DNA of 64,000 nt from Amycolatopsis taiwanensis DSM 45107 (GCF_000519205.1 NZ_JAFB01000005.1:37724-101723), one strand, 5' to 3'; shown: positions 1 through 9,519, numbered from the stretch's first letter. Program-made: numbers and translations. Notes: generated by a model not told the origin, from the letters alone.

Positions 1-12
1 GGCCGCCCCATC

Positions 13-321
13 ATGAGCACGGTGATCCGGCCGATGTTCGGCCGGGGCCAGGCGGCTCGCCTGGCGGTGTGGGATCGGCTGTCCGCGGACTCGGCGGACT
101 TCCGCCGTGCGGAGCGCACCTACTCGATCGTCTGGGGAAGCGTGCTGCTGGTCGAATGCGTGGCGCGGGTCGTCGGCGCCTACACCCTGCCCATCGACAC
201 CATGGTCTGGCTCGGCAACGTCATTCTGCTGGTGGCGCTCGTGCTCGCGTTCCGCCTCGGTCACCTCGTCGCGATGCGGCCCATGAAGACCCTGCTCATC
301 GCCGAGCTGGCCACCAACTGA
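13..321 (+). CDS. small hydrophobic membrane protein, possibly a 5'-partial gene running in from upstream
   Basis: The 102-aa ORF has hydrophobic segments (VWLGNVILLVALVLAF). There is no stop in frame between position 1 and the ATG at 13, so the true start may lie outside the window. Confidence 0.4.
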   Translation: MSTVIRPMFGRGQAARLAVWDRLSADSADFRRAERTYSIVWGSVLLVECVARVVGAYTLPIDTMVWLGNVILLVALVLAFRLGHLVAMRPMKTLLIAELATN

Positions 322-356
322 CCCCAGGATCGCCCCCCAGGCGAGTCGACGTCTTC

Positions 357-403
357 ATGAGTGACCCGTTACTGCCGAAAATCGGCACGCACGGGTCACT
401 CAT
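357..403. repeat. 47-bp hairpin repeat, copy 1 (13-bp perfect stem atgagtgacccgt/...gggtcactcat)
   Basis: An inverted repeat seen directly, between convergent gene ends at 321 and 421. Related copies lie at 59641-59687 and, inverted, at 62937-62983. Confidence 0.8.
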
Positions 404-420
404 CCACGAGGTCGGTGTAC

Positions 421-747
421 TCATTTTTCCGGCTGGCCGGATTCATCTTGCTGGTCAACGATTTCGCGCAGGGCCGCCACGTGTGCGCGGTAGGCGGCGC
501 GGCCGGCCTTGGTCAGGTGCAGCCAGACACGTTGCCGGGTGTTGCGAACCGCTTTGCTCTGTTCCACGTAGCCGGCGTCCATCAGCACGCTCACATGCTT
601 GCTGAGCACCGAAGCGCTCACCTTGAGCCGGTCCTGGACCAGGCCGAACTCGGCATACTCCACAACGTCGAGCAAGGCACAGATCCGGAGCCGGTTCGGG
701 GCGTGGATGATCGTGTCGAAACCATCGCCGTCGTCGTGCTCGGTCAT
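421..747 (-). CDS. winged-helix (ArsR/MarR-like) transcriptional regulator, 108 aa
   Basis: MTEHDDGDGFDTIIHAPNRLRICALLD...LKVSASVLSKHVSVLMDAGYVE is a typical wHTH recognition helix and wing. Its ATG at 747 overlaps (ATGA) the stop of the upstream membrane-protein gene. Confidence 0.7.
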   Translation of the reverse strand: MTEHDDGDGFDTIIHAPNRLRICALLDVVEYAEFGLVQDRLKVSASVLSKHVSVLMDAGYVEQSKAVRNTRQRVWLHLTKAGRAAYRAHVAALREIVDQQDESGQPEK

Positions 748-1214
748 GTCGTCTTCCGTGCGTGCTGCCGGATCACCGCACCGAAAATCAAGATCAGGAC
801 ACCGACCGCACCGGAACCCACGAAATAGACCCAATCCTGATGATAGCCGGCGACCAGGACGGCAGCGCCGATCATCACACCGAGAACACCGATGATCGGC
901 CACACCACCAGACGCTTCGGCACCGCACCCAGGCGCGGGATGACGCCGGCTTTCCGCACGAACGTCCCGACCGTGATCCCCAGCAGCGCGGCCCACACCA
1001 CGATCCCGACCAGGAGCAGCGTGATGCCCAGCGGGGTCGGCGGCGCGTAGTTGACCACCGGCGCGACGGCCACCATGACCGCCATCACGATGAAGTACCA
1101 CCACGGCGCCGTGATGCCGGCGAGTGCGGACTGGGTTTGTTCGGCCGCACGCAGAGCGGCCCTGGCTTCTTCCATCGTGGGCCGGCCGCTCGACCCCGGC
1201 TCGTGTGTTTCCAT
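744..1214 (-). CDS. integral membrane protein co-transcribed with the wHTH regulator
   Basis: 156 aa with four predicted TM helices. A 4-bp overlap with the downstream regulator suggests an operon. The exact start (1214 or about 1175) is uncertain. Confidence 0.6.
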   Translation of the reverse strand: METHEPGSSGRPTMEEARAALRAAEQTQSALAGITAPWWYFIVMAVMVAVAPVVNYAPPTPLGITLLLVGIVVWAALLGITVGTFVRKAGVIPRLGAVPKRLVVWPIIGVLGVMIGAAVLVAGYHQDWVYFVGSGAVGVLILIFGAVIRQHARKTT

Positions 1215-1355
1215 GTTGGAAACACTAGCGCCAGACTTTCCATGTCGTCAACACAAGAGTTTCCATGCTGGAAAGTACTCGGTCGGGGCTGGTCGTGGCG
1301 GGCAGGCCGGGTACCGCCCGCCACGTCCCACCTTCGACCCGGGGAAACTTGCGCC

Positions 1356-1970
1356 ATGCCTTCCTCCGGCCAGGCCACGCTTGTCATTCGGCTTCCAGAC
1401 CGGGTCAAGCGGCGTGCGAAACTACTCGCGCTGCCGGTCGCGGCGGCCATCGTCGTCCCGGCGACGATCGCGCGGCAGCTTTCCGGCTTCTGTACGGGCG
1501 CGGTGATCGCAACGATTGTCCTGGTGCCCGTGTTCTTCTACGTTTACCGGGCGCGAATCATCGTCACCCCTACCGAAATCGGCAAAGCGGGCCTGCTGGG
1601 CCGAGTCCGGACGCGGTCTCGCGCCGAGCTGGACTCCGTCGTCCGGGCAACGCTTCCGCCACCACCCCGTGGTGATGGGCGGCCGGTCCACAATGTTTTT
1701 CTCCTCGACCGCTCCGGCCAGCGCGTCATGCGATTCACCAGCTCGCCCTACGCGCCAGGTGATCTGGACCGCGTCGTCGACGAACTAGGGTTGCCCGTCA
1801 GCACGTTGCCGGGCATCGTGACCGCCAAGCAGCTGCGCGAGCGCTATCCGAAAATCCTGCCGTGGGCCGAACGAAGACCCTTCGTCGCCGGTTTGACCTT
1901 GATCGCCGCCACGTTCGTCATCATCGCTGTCGTCGTCACGGCGGCCGGCGGTGGTCACCATGGTCCATAA
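1356..1970 (+). CDS. hypothetical membrane protein with two N-terminal TM helices (bacterial PH-domain-like)
   Basis: A clean ORF with start ATG at 1356 (MPSSGQATLVIRLPD...), TM segments, and a C-terminal hydrophobic tail. The ORF-track N-terminal extension (762-1355) is Arg/His-rich junk. Confidence 0.55.
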   Translation: MPSSGQATLVIRLPDRVKRRAKLLALPVAAAIVVPATIARQLSGFCTGAVIATIVLVPVFFYVYRARIIVTPTEIGKAGLLGRVRTRSRAELDSVVRATLPPPPRGDGRPVHNVFLLDRSGQRVMRFTSSPYAPGDLDRVVDELGLPVSTLPGIVTAKQLRERYPKILPWAERRPFVAGLTLIAATFVIIAVVVTAAGGGHHGP

Positions 1971-1988
1971 CGGACACTCTGGATCCGG

Positions 1989-2591
1989 TCAGGACGGGTA
2001 CGGGGCCGCGTTGCGCGCCGCATGCAGGGCTGCGGCCCACCAGGCGAGCTGGTCCAGCAGCGCCTTGGCGTAGCCGGGTGTCTCGGGGTCCAGCGGCTGA
2101 CCGTTTTCCCAGGCGGTGAAGTAGTTCGGGAACACGAGACCATCGCGGATGGTCACCGCGTGCAGTTCGGTGAAAACATTCTCCAGGTGCAAAACGGCAT
2201 GGCGGCCACCGGCTGCGCCGCCGTAACTGACGAAGGCGACCGGCTTGGCCGTCCACTGGGTGAAATGCCAGTCGACGGCGGCCTTCAGGGATGCAGGATA
2301 GCTGTGGTTGTACTCCGGCGTGACCAGGATGAAAGCGTCCGCATCCGCCAGACGGGAAGTCAGGGACGCCATGCCCTCCGGGCGCGGGTAGGAGTCGCCG
2401 GCGAAACGCGGTGATTCCACCGGGAGCGACAACGGGATCTCGACGTCGGCGAGGTCGACGACATCGATGTCGAATGCGCCGTGTTCACGCGCTTGCTCGG
2501 CGACCCATGAAGCGATGACGGGTCCGAACCGGCCTTCTCGGACGCTCCCGATGACGATGACCAACTTGTGCTTCTCACTCATGCGCTCCAC
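1989..2591 (-). CDS. NAD(P)H-dependent FMN reductase family oxidoreductase
   Basis: KLVIVIGSVREGRFG...FILVTPEYNHSYPASLKAAVDW is the flavodoxin-like NADPH-dependent FMN reductase signature. Confidence 0.85.
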   Translation of the reverse strand: MERMSEKHKLVIVIGSVREGRFGPVIASWVAEQAREHGAFDIDVVDLADVEIPLSLPVESPRFAGDSYPRPEGMASLTSRLADADAFILVTPEYNHSYPASLKAAVDWHFTQWTAKPVAFVSYGGAAGGRHAVLHLENVFTELHAVTIRDGLVFPNYFTAWENGQPLDPETPGYAKALLDQLAWWAAALHAARNAAPYPS

Positions 2592-2694
2592 GGTCCATCA
2601 CCGGTGGTGCTCACAACCAGGCCGAGCGCAGGCTGGCCCCCTTGGGGCCACCTTGCGGCGTTCACGGGTGCCGTCATCGCCCTAGACTTTCGGC

Positions 2695-3534
2695 ATGGGC
2701 ACGCCGTTGGGCGATTTCATCCGTGCGAAGCGCGACAGCATTCAGCCAGAGTCGTTCGGGCTGCCCGATCGCCGCCGCCGCCGGTCCCCCGGGCTCCGGC
2801 GATCCGACCTGGCGCAACGTGCTGGGGTCAGCGTCGAATACCTCACCCGCATCGAGCAAGGACGAGACCGCAACCCGTCGTTGGCCGTGGTGAATGCGCT
2901 TGCGGACGCGTTGAGCCTCGATGCGGCCGAGCGCGCTCACCTGCGCCTCCTCGCCAAGATCACCAGCGGAGCCTGCGTCATCGAGCGGCCGCCATCGCCA
3001 CCCAACCGCCAGGTCCGGCCGACCGTGCATGACACCCTCCAACTTCTCGAGCCCGGGGTCGCGTTCCTCACCAACCGTCTCGGAGACCTGCTCGCGTACA
3101 CGAGTGGGTTCGAGTTGGTGATGCGAGGGATCGGCCTGCTCGAGACCGAGCGGCCGAACCTGACGCGCTACGTGTTCACCGAGCCATACGCAAAGACGTT
3201 CTTCGCCGACTGGGACCAGGTGGCCGACGAACAGGCCTTCGACCTGTGGCGCGGGCCGTCCGTGGCGCAATTCCAGCAGCTCGTGGCCGAACTCGCCCAC
3301 GTCGCCGGAACGGAGCTCACCCGGAGACTCGACCACCACCTACCGCCACCTCAGGTCCCGCTTCGGCTCAACCACCCCATCGCGCACGAGCTTCGGTGGC
3401 AACGAGAACGGCTGGAGCTGCCGGTAACCGACGCGCAGGAACTGGTCGTTCTCCTACCCGCCGACGAGGCGACGGCGCTGGCCATGGATCGGCTGCGGCG
3501 CCAACCCCACCACACCCTGCGCGCGGTCCCTTGA
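2695..3534 (+). CDS. XRE-family HTH regulator with MmyB-like C-terminal domain
   Basis: The N-terminal HTH is LRRSDLAQRAGVSVEYLTRIEQGRDRNPS. The long C-terminal domain is typical of MmyB-like regulators. It is divergent from the FMN reductase. Confidence 0.8.
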   Translation: MGTPLGDFIRAKRDSIQPESFGLPDRRRRRSPGLRRSDLAQRAGVSVEYLTRIEQGRDRNPSLAVVNALADALSLDAAERAHLRLLAKITSGACVIERPPSPPNRQVRPTVHDTLQLLEPGVAFLTNRLGDLLAYTSGFELVMRGIGLLETERPNLTRYVFTEPYAKTFFADWDQVADEQAFDLWRGPSVAQFQQLVAELAHVAGTELTRRLDHHLPPPQVPLRLNHPIAHELRWQRERLELPVTDAQELVVLLPADEATALAMDRLRRQPHHTLRAVP

Positions 3535-3607
3535 CACGGAAACCGTCCGGTCCACGTTCGTGGCGGATGATCACGACGCAAGCTCCGGAAGGTCCAAACC
3601 GGACACT

Positions 3608-4048
3608 CTAGGCCGCGCCGCCTGGGAGGAGTGTTCGCAGCAGGTCACGTAGGTTTTCTTGCTGGGCCGGGGTGAGCGGGGTCAGCGGGGATCGCGTGCC
3701 GAGGTGGTGCAGTGCTTCGCCGCGGCGGCGTTGGCCGGCCGGGGTGAGCACGATCTGTTTGGCGCGGCGGTCGGTGGGGTGTGGTCGGCGTTGGATCAGG
3801 CCTTGTTCTTCGAGCCGGTCCAGGATGAACGTGGCGTTGGAGGCTTCGCAGGACATCCGGGTGGCGAGCTCCCGTGCGGTGATCGGTTCGGACAGTTCGC
3901 GCAGCGCGATGACCTGACTGGGGGTCAGGCCCAGCTGCTCGGCCACTCGGCGCACCTGCACGTCGAGCGTGTGTGCGAGGTGGTGGACCAGCTTGCACAC
4001 GTCTCGGTCGATCTCGCTGCCCGTTGGTATCGCTGAGTCCTGCGCCAT
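3608..4048 (-). CDS. MarR-family transcriptional regulator
   Basis: LTPSQVIALRELSE..PITARELATRM....ATFILDRLEEQGLIQRRPHPTDRRAKQIVLTPAG is a canonical MarR wHTH. Confidence 0.85.
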   Translation of the reverse strand: MAQDSAIPTGSEIDRDVCKLVHHLAHTLDVQVRRVAEQLGLTPSQVIALRELSEPITARELATRMSCEASNATFILDRLEEQGLIQRRPHPTDRRAKQIVLTPAGQRRRGEALHHLGTRSPLTPLTPAQQENLRDLLRTLLPGGAA

Positions 4049-4059
4049 ATGCCGAGTCT

Positions 4060-4128
4060 AGCGAACATACTTCGAACTGTGATAGTTCTAGTTCACATCA
4101 TCCGAGTTCGAACTATCACGGAGGAGTC
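4060..4128. promoter_or_regulatory. MarR/MFS divergent intergenic region with palindromic operator-like repeats (GTGATAGTTC ... GAACTATCAC, TTCGAA cores)
   Basis: An inverted repeat seen directly between the marR start (4048) and the MFS GTG (4129, preceded by GGAGGAG). Confidence 0.4.
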
Positions 4129-5289
4129 GTGCCGCTTCCCCTTTTCTCCCTGATGCTGGTCGTCTTCAGCCTCACCACCGGCGAGTTCGTGATCGCGGGC
4201 ATCCTGCCCGATACCGCCACCGGCCTGTCGGTATCGGTGCCGGCAGCCGGTCTACTGGTCACCGCCTACGCGATCGGCATGATCATCGGCGGCCCCCTGG
4301 TCACCCTCGCCACCGCACGGGTGGCCCGCAAGCCGCTCATCGCGGGCCTGATCGGCGTGTCCGTGCTCGGCAACCTGGGGTCAGCCCTCGCCCCCAGCTA
4401 CCCCCTCGCCCTGGTCGCGCGGTTCGTCGCCGGCCTGGTCGTGGCCACGTTCTTCGCCGTGGCACTCGCCGCCGCCATTGCGATGGCGCCGGCCGGCCGG
4501 CACGCCTCCACCGTGGCAAAGGTGACTATGGGCCTGAACCTGGGCATCGTCCTGGGCACCCCGATCGGCACCCTGATCGGTCACCACCTCGGCTGGCGAG
4601 CCACCTTCGGCGCGGTCGCCGCCCTCAGCATCATCGCCCTGCTGCTGGTGCTGCGGTTCGTCCCCGCCCAACCCACACCGGCGGCCGCATCGATACGCGG
4701 CGAACTGCGCGCACTCGCCGACCGCGACGTCTGGTTGGCGATCACCCTCACCGCGCTCGGGAACCTGGGCATCGTAACGGTCTTCACCTACATCACCCCG
4801 CTGCTCACCCAAGTCAGCGGATTCAGCAGCGAAACGATCCCGGCCCTGCTGCTCTTCTACGGTGCCGGCGCCATCGCGGGCAACCTCCTCGGCGGGCGGC
4901 TGGCCGACAAGGCCCTGCTGCCTTCACTGGTCGGCCTGCTCATCACACTCGCCGCGGCTCTCGGCCTGGCCTGGCTGGCCAGCCCGGTCAAACCCCTGAT
5001 GGCCGCACTGACCCTGGTCCTCGGCGTCCTCGCCTTCGCGATCATCCCGGGCATGCAAACCCGCGTCATCACCGCCGCGAGCGCGGCGCCCACCCTGGCC
5101 GTCGCCGTCAACGCCGCCGGCTTCCAACTCGCCGCCGCGGTCGCCGGCTGGCTCGGCGGCCAGGTCATCACCAGCGGACTGGGACCACGCTGGATCTACC
5201 CCCTCGCCGCACTCCTCACCATCGCCGGCCTCGGCATCGCCCTGCACACGCTGCGGGGTGACCGCCGAACAGCCGAGACGCGCTCTTGA
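4129..5289 (+). CDS. MFS transporter (DHA1-type sugar/drug efflux)
   Basis: A 12-TM profile. The GTG start sits after a GGAGGAG RBS. The ORF-track extension back to 3973 overlaps marR and is rejected. Confidence 0.85.
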   Translation: MPLPLFSLMLVVFSLTTGEFVIAGILPDTATGLSVSVPAAGLLVTAYAIGMIIGGPLVTLATARVARKPLIAGLIGVSVLGNLGSALAPSYPLALVARFVAGLVVATFFAVALAAAIAMAPAGRHASTVAKVTMGLNLGIVLGTPIGTLIGHHLGWRATFGAVAALSIIALLLVLRFVPAQPTPAAASIRGELRALADRDVWLAITLTALGNLGIVTVFTYITPLLTQVSGFSSETIPALLLFYGAGAIAGNLLGGRLADKALLPSLVGLLITLAAALGLAWLASPVKPLMAALTLVLGVLAFAIIPGMQTRVITAASAAPTLAVAVNAAGFQLAAAVAGWLGGQVITSGLGPRWIYPLAALLTIAGLGIALHTLRGDRRTAETRS

Positions 5290-5295
5290 GGAACC

Positions 5296-5790
5296 TCAGT
5301 CCAGGGTGGGGGTATCGCGGACCGCGACGGTGGCGTGGCTTTCCTGGAAGCTCTGCTCGGAAACGAGTACCAGGCGTGCGGTGGACTGGAATTCGGGTAG
5401 CGTCGTCGCGCCGCAGGAGACCATCGTGGCCTTGATCTTGGCGATGGTCACCGCGAGGCCTTCGTGGAGGTCTCCGGCGTAGGGGACGTAGCCGTCGACA
5501 CCCTCCTCGAAGATCAGCTGGCTGCCGCCCTGGCCATAGCGTTGCCAGTTCCGGGCGCGGTTGGAGCCTTCACCCCAGTATTCCTTGACGAAACCGTCCC
5601 GGGTCGGGAGTTTCGCGCCGGGCGCCTGGTCGAATCGAGCGAAATAGCGGCCCATCATGACGAAGTCGGCGCCCATGGCAAGCGCCAGTGCCATGTGGTA
5701 GTCGTGCACCAGCCGGTGCACAGTCCCTGCGTGTCCGGTTGGGAAGCAACAGAAACTCGTTGAATGTCCGGGACACGCCTTCGACTATTT
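5296..5790 (-). pseudogene. IMP dehydrogenase/GMP reductase family gene with large internal deletion
   Basis: The C-terminal 140 aa (GADFVMMGRYFA...KIKATMVSCGATTL) lie in one frame. An IMPDH-like N-terminus (RTFNEFLLLPNRT) lies immediately upstream in another frame (5570..5797 ORF). The roughly 330-aa catalytic core is missing. Confidence 0.6.
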
Positions 5791-6013
5791 GCACCATCGA
5801 TCCACCCTAGCCGACCACGTCTTGCGGGCCATGACGTTGCCGAGAGGGCGACCGTCAGGCAGAGCACTGCGATCCGATATCGAGATATCGTGGTGTATGG
5901 GGAGTGTCTGGCGAGATAGGTGGCGCATGGCCGCGACGGCGGGCGATCCAGCCTCCTCAGATATCAGACCGATAGCGGTTTCTGTGTTGCCCCAGTGGCC
6001 GGAGTCACCATGC

Positions 6014-6730
6014 TCATCCATTGTGGACTGTTCCGACCGGGGTGATGGGCGGTTTGGTCGCGACATAGCGGATTCCGGTGGCCTGGATCTGGCCGGAGTC
6101 GACTGCCACGTGTTCGTCGGTTTCGCCGGCGGGGTGCAGGTCGGGGAAGAAGTACGGCGCACGGGTGAGCAGCCACGGGTGGAACCGGGCCTGGAGCGCT
6201 TGGATGATGGTGCGACCCTTGTGCAGACGCTCTCCTCGAGCCCAGGCATCGAGGTAGGTGTGCCAGGGCAGGCCCGAGGCAAGCCACCGCTCCCGGTGGG
6301 TGTGCAACCAGCCGGGCTGGCCGGTGTCGGGCAGCCGGTCGAAGCACCATCGGGCCGTTGCCTCGTCAAAGTCCTCGTGCGCCCACTCGACAACGATCAG
6401 CACGCCGCCCGGAGCCAGGGCCGCCGCACAACGGTCGAGGATGTGGTCGAGGTCGCCGACGTGGTGCAGTGAGGCGCAGGCGACGATCGCGTCGACCGGG
6501 CCCGTGGGTTCGTGGTGTTCGAACTCCGTTTGGTGGTAGCCGGGCCCGGCCGGCGCAGCCGGGTCGACGCCGATGGCGTGGTAGCCACGCTCGCGCATGG
6601 CCGGGACGAAGCCGCCTGTCGGGCCGCAGCCGATCTCCAGCACGCGGGATGGCTCCGGCGGCAGGTTGGCGCGGACGAAGGGCCAGATGGCATTGAGCCA
6701 TCGCTGTTTCGCGGTTGTTGGGTCTGCCAT
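6014..6730 (-). CDS. class I SAM-dependent methyltransferase
   Basis: VLEIGCGPTGGF...IGVDPAAP...IVACASLHHV are motifs I, II and post-I. An alternative GTG start at 6790 is possible. Confidence 0.8.
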   Translation of the reverse strand: MADPTTAKQRWLNAIWPFVRANLPPEPSRVLEIGCGPTGGFVPAMRERGYHAIGVDPAAPAGPGYHQTEFEHHEPTGPVDAIVACASLHHVGDLDHILDRCAAALAPGGVLIVVEWAHEDFDEATARWCFDRLPDTGQPGWLHTHRERWLASGLPWHTYLDAWARGERLHKGRTIIQALQARFHPWLLTRAPYFFPDLHPAGETDEHVAVDSGQIQATGIRYVATKPPITPVGTVHNG

Positions 6731-7117
6731 TAGGTCATCTCGATCCAGGGGGTCATCGGTCGCACAGAGCAGGCGCGCCGAAAGCGGCACGAAGACCGCC
6801 GCCAGGACGGCGCAGGCGGCGGTCGCCAGGTGGGTGACCGACCGTGTCGGCCGTGAACCGCGTCGTCTGGATGAGGGTCATCTCCATACCCCGTCTCTAG
6901 AGTTAACTTTTAGAGTACAACTCTAGTGTTACGGTACGGGCATGCGACTGGTCAAGAGGCACCGGCAAAAAAGGCGCACAGCTCTGCGACCAGCCCGTGC
7001 CGCGACGCGGCCACCAGGTATGACAAGCTCGCCGTTCGCTACCTGTCGCAGCGACCATGGAATGGCTACGACCTTGAGATATGGACTAGACCAGTTCCGG
7101 TCGGGAGAAGCCGACGA

Positions 7118-7303
7118 TCAGCCGGTTGCCGGCCAGAGCAGGGCTTGGGCCACGATGACCTGCGCACCGTTGAAGATCAGGGCTGGACTTCCATGTGGAC
7201 GGTAGCCCAACTCGATCGCTTCGCTGACACGTCGGCAAAACGTTTCGTCGTCTGGTCCGGTCAGTACGCGGTAGATCGGGAGGCCATCCGGCGGTGTGCT
7301 CAC
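7118..7303 (-). CDS. DUF1737-like small protein
   Basis: The 61-aa sequence IYRVLTGPDDETFCRRVSEAIELGYRPHGSPA matches the DUF1737 pattern recalled from memory. Confidence 0.5.
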   Translation of the reverse strand: MSTPPDGLPIYRVLTGPDDETFCRRVSEAIELGYRPHGSPALIFNGAQVIVAQALLWPATG

Positions 7304-7421
7304 CCCAAAACTCTACTCGAGTCTGCTTGTTCGCCGGCCGGTGTCGCTCGCCTTCGGATCACAATTCGTTCGCTCGACCGCCACCCGCGCTGCGAGACTG
7401 TGGTTCATGTCCTCAAGCCAC

Positions 7422-7967
7422 ATGGCTGACCTGATCGAAGAGATGCGTCAAGGCCGTCGAGTGAAGTTTCTCTACTTCTGGGGACATCAGCCAGAACGCG
7501 ACGGCAGTATCGGGCGTGGATGCCTTAGTCAGTGGTGGCCTGCCCCGTTCACCGTCGACGGCCGGACCTTCACGACAGCGGAGCATTACATGATGTGGCG
7601 CAAGGCGATGCTGTTCGATGATCCAGGCAGCGCCGAGCAGATCTTGCGGGCCCCTCATCCTCACCGAGCCAAGCAATTGGGGCGAGGCGTGCAAGGCTTC
7701 GACCAGGATCGGTGGGAAGCCCGCCGGTACGAAATCGTGGTGACGGGCTCGGTCGCCAAGTTCGGTCAGCACCCCGAACTGCGCCGTTTCCTCCTCGGAA
7801 CCGGCGAACGGGTGCTGGTGGAGGCCAGTCCGCGCGATTCCGTCTGGGGCATCGGACTGACCCAGGACGACTCACGCGCCAACGACCCCGAGCAGTGGCC
7901 GGGCCTGAACTTGCTGGGCTTCGCTTTGGCTGAAGCCCGAAAAGTCCTGTCCAGCTCAGGCAACTGA
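7422..7967 (+). CDS. NADAR-family protein (YbiA-like, DUF1768)
   Basis: RVKFLYFWGHQPERDGSIGRGCLSQWWPAPFTVDGRTFTTAEHYMMWRKAMLFDD is the conserved NADAR core. The ATG is at 7422. Confidence 0.75.
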   Translation: MADLIEEMRQGRRVKFLYFWGHQPERDGSIGRGCLSQWWPAPFTVDGRTFTTAEHYMMWRKAMLFDDPGSAEQILRAPHPHRAKQLGRGVQGFDQDRWEARRYEIVVTGSVAKFGQHPELRRFLLGTGERVLVEASPRDSVWGIGLTQDDSRANDPEQWPGLNLLGFALAEARKVLSSSGN

Positions 7968-8089
7968 CGAACGTTACCGGCCTGGGCCGTGACGCCGGGA
8001 CACGTCGATGCAGTGTCGACGTGTCCCGGCACCAGGTCTGGTTGGCTGCGTCGAGGCTGCCGTTCGATCCGTCCGTGTGGTGCACGCGA

Positions 8090-9319
8090 TTACGAACGGA
8101 ATTCCTGGCTCGCTGCGTCGAGGAGCAGTTTCGCGGCCACGGTCGCCCCATCGGCTCGGATCGTGCCGGCCACGGCCCTGGCTCGAGCTTGGGTCTCGGG
8201 GGTCAGGGCCGTGGTGAGCGCGGCGGACAGGGACTCGACGGTCGGCGCCGAGCCCTCGTGTGCCACGCCGATGCCCAGTTCGGCCACTCGGGCGGCCCAG
8301 TACGGCTGGTCCGCGATCTGGGGTACCACCACCTGGGGCGCGCCGGCCCGGGCTGCCGTCGTGGTGGTGCCCGCGCCGCCGTGGTGCACGACGGCGGCCA
8401 CCCTGCGGAACAGGGCCTGCTGGTTGACCTCGCCGACCACGAAACAGTCGTCGGCGTCGTCGATCGGGGCCAGGCCGGCCCAACCGCGGGCGAGGAGCAC
8501 GCGGCGGCCCTGCGCGCGGCTCGCCTCGATGGCCACCCGGGCGATGTCCTTCGGGGCGTACGCGGCCATGCTGCCGAAGCCCACGTACACCGGTGGCGTG
8601 CCGGTGTCCAGGAACGCCTCCAGTTCGTCCGGGAGCGGGCGGTCGTCGGGCAGGATCCACGCTCCGGTCTGCACGACGTCGAGGTCCGTCCTGCCTTGCG
8701 ACGGACACAGCGTCGGATCCGCGGCCAGCCACGGCTGGCCGGTGAGGACATGGTCGCGGACGTTGTCCACCGGGGGCAGGCCGATCGCGGCCCGATGGCT
8801 GTTGAGCGCTTCGCCGTACAAGGCGTTGACCCGCTGGGCGTCCTGCTCCCACAGCACCCGGTTGTCGGTCTCCTCCTGCGGGGACGGTGTGCCCGGCCGT
8901 CTTCCCGGAGGGAAGTGCCGCGACGGCAGCCCGAGGAGGTGGAAGCACGCGAGCACGTAACGGATGCGCAGTTTCTCCGCCACGTCCCGCGCGCCGGCCG
9001 GCATCAGGCCGGTTGCCAGCAGCGCGTGACATCCCTCGGCCGCCGCGGTGAGCGTGTCGAACCGCGCGGCGACCAGCGCGGGAGCGAGTTGGAACGCGTC
9101 TTGTGCCGTCGGTGGCTTCGGGTTGGCGACGACCGAGTGCACCGTCGGGCCGAGCGGCACCAGCGGCACGCCGACACGCTCCAGCAGCGTCGCGAACTCC
9201 TTGTCCGGAGGCGCGCACACCCGCGCCTCGGCGCCGAGTTCCCGCAATGCCACCGCCAGGGCCGCCAGCGGTTCGACGTCCCCGCGCGATCCCCACGTCG
9301 TCAACAACACACGCACTTC
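8090..9319 (-). CDS. family-1 glycosyltransferase (MGT/UDP-glucosyltransferase type)
   Basis: It has the N-terminal MRVLLTTWGSRGDVEP and the C-terminal HHGGAGTTTTAARAGAPQVVVPQIADQPYWA donor-binding motif. Confidence 0.85.
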   Translation of the reverse strand, partial: EVRVLLTTWGSRGDVEPLAALAVALRELGAEARVCAPPDKEFATLLERVGVPLVPLGPTVHSVVANPKPPTAQDAFQLAPALVAARFDTLTAAAEGCHALLATGLMPAGARDVAEKLRIRYVLACFHLLGLPSRHFPPGRRPGTPSPQEETDNRVLWEQDAQRVNALYGEALNSHRAAIGLPPVDNVRDHVLTGQPWLAADPTLCPSQGRTDLDVVQTGAWILPDDRPLPDELEAFLDTGTPPVYVGFGSMAAYAPKDIARVAIEASRAQGRRVLLARGWAGLAPIDDADDCFVVGEVNQQALFRRVAAVVHHGGAGTTTTAARAGAPQVVVPQIADQPYWAARVAELGIGVAHEGSAPTVESLSAALTTALTPETQARARAVAGTIRADGATVAAKLLLDAASQEFRS

Positions 9320-9519
9320 GCAACTCCCCATTTCCACCGATTCTGGCTTTCGGCCGGCAATTCTGGGGTACGACCCGGGCCTTGCCGCAAGCCCCCCAGT
9401 GCGCTATATATTGAAAGTGGAGGGAGTAGTTCTTCTCGCCGCCTTCGCGTCGCCAGGCCACTGCTCGTGGTCTTCGGCAAGCTCTTCCCATTCAAGGCTG
9501 CTTACCGCGGCGCCCCACG

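Noticed and set aside
3973-4128. The N-terminal extension of the MFS ORF to 3973.
   Set aside because: It overlaps marR on the opposite strand. A GTG with GGAGGAG RBS at 4129 precedes the first TM helix.
6926-7429. A 167-aa plus-strand ORF spanning the DUF1737 gene on the opposite strand.
   Set aside because: It has junk composition. The DUF1737 minus-strand ORF and the NADAR start at 7422 are better supported.
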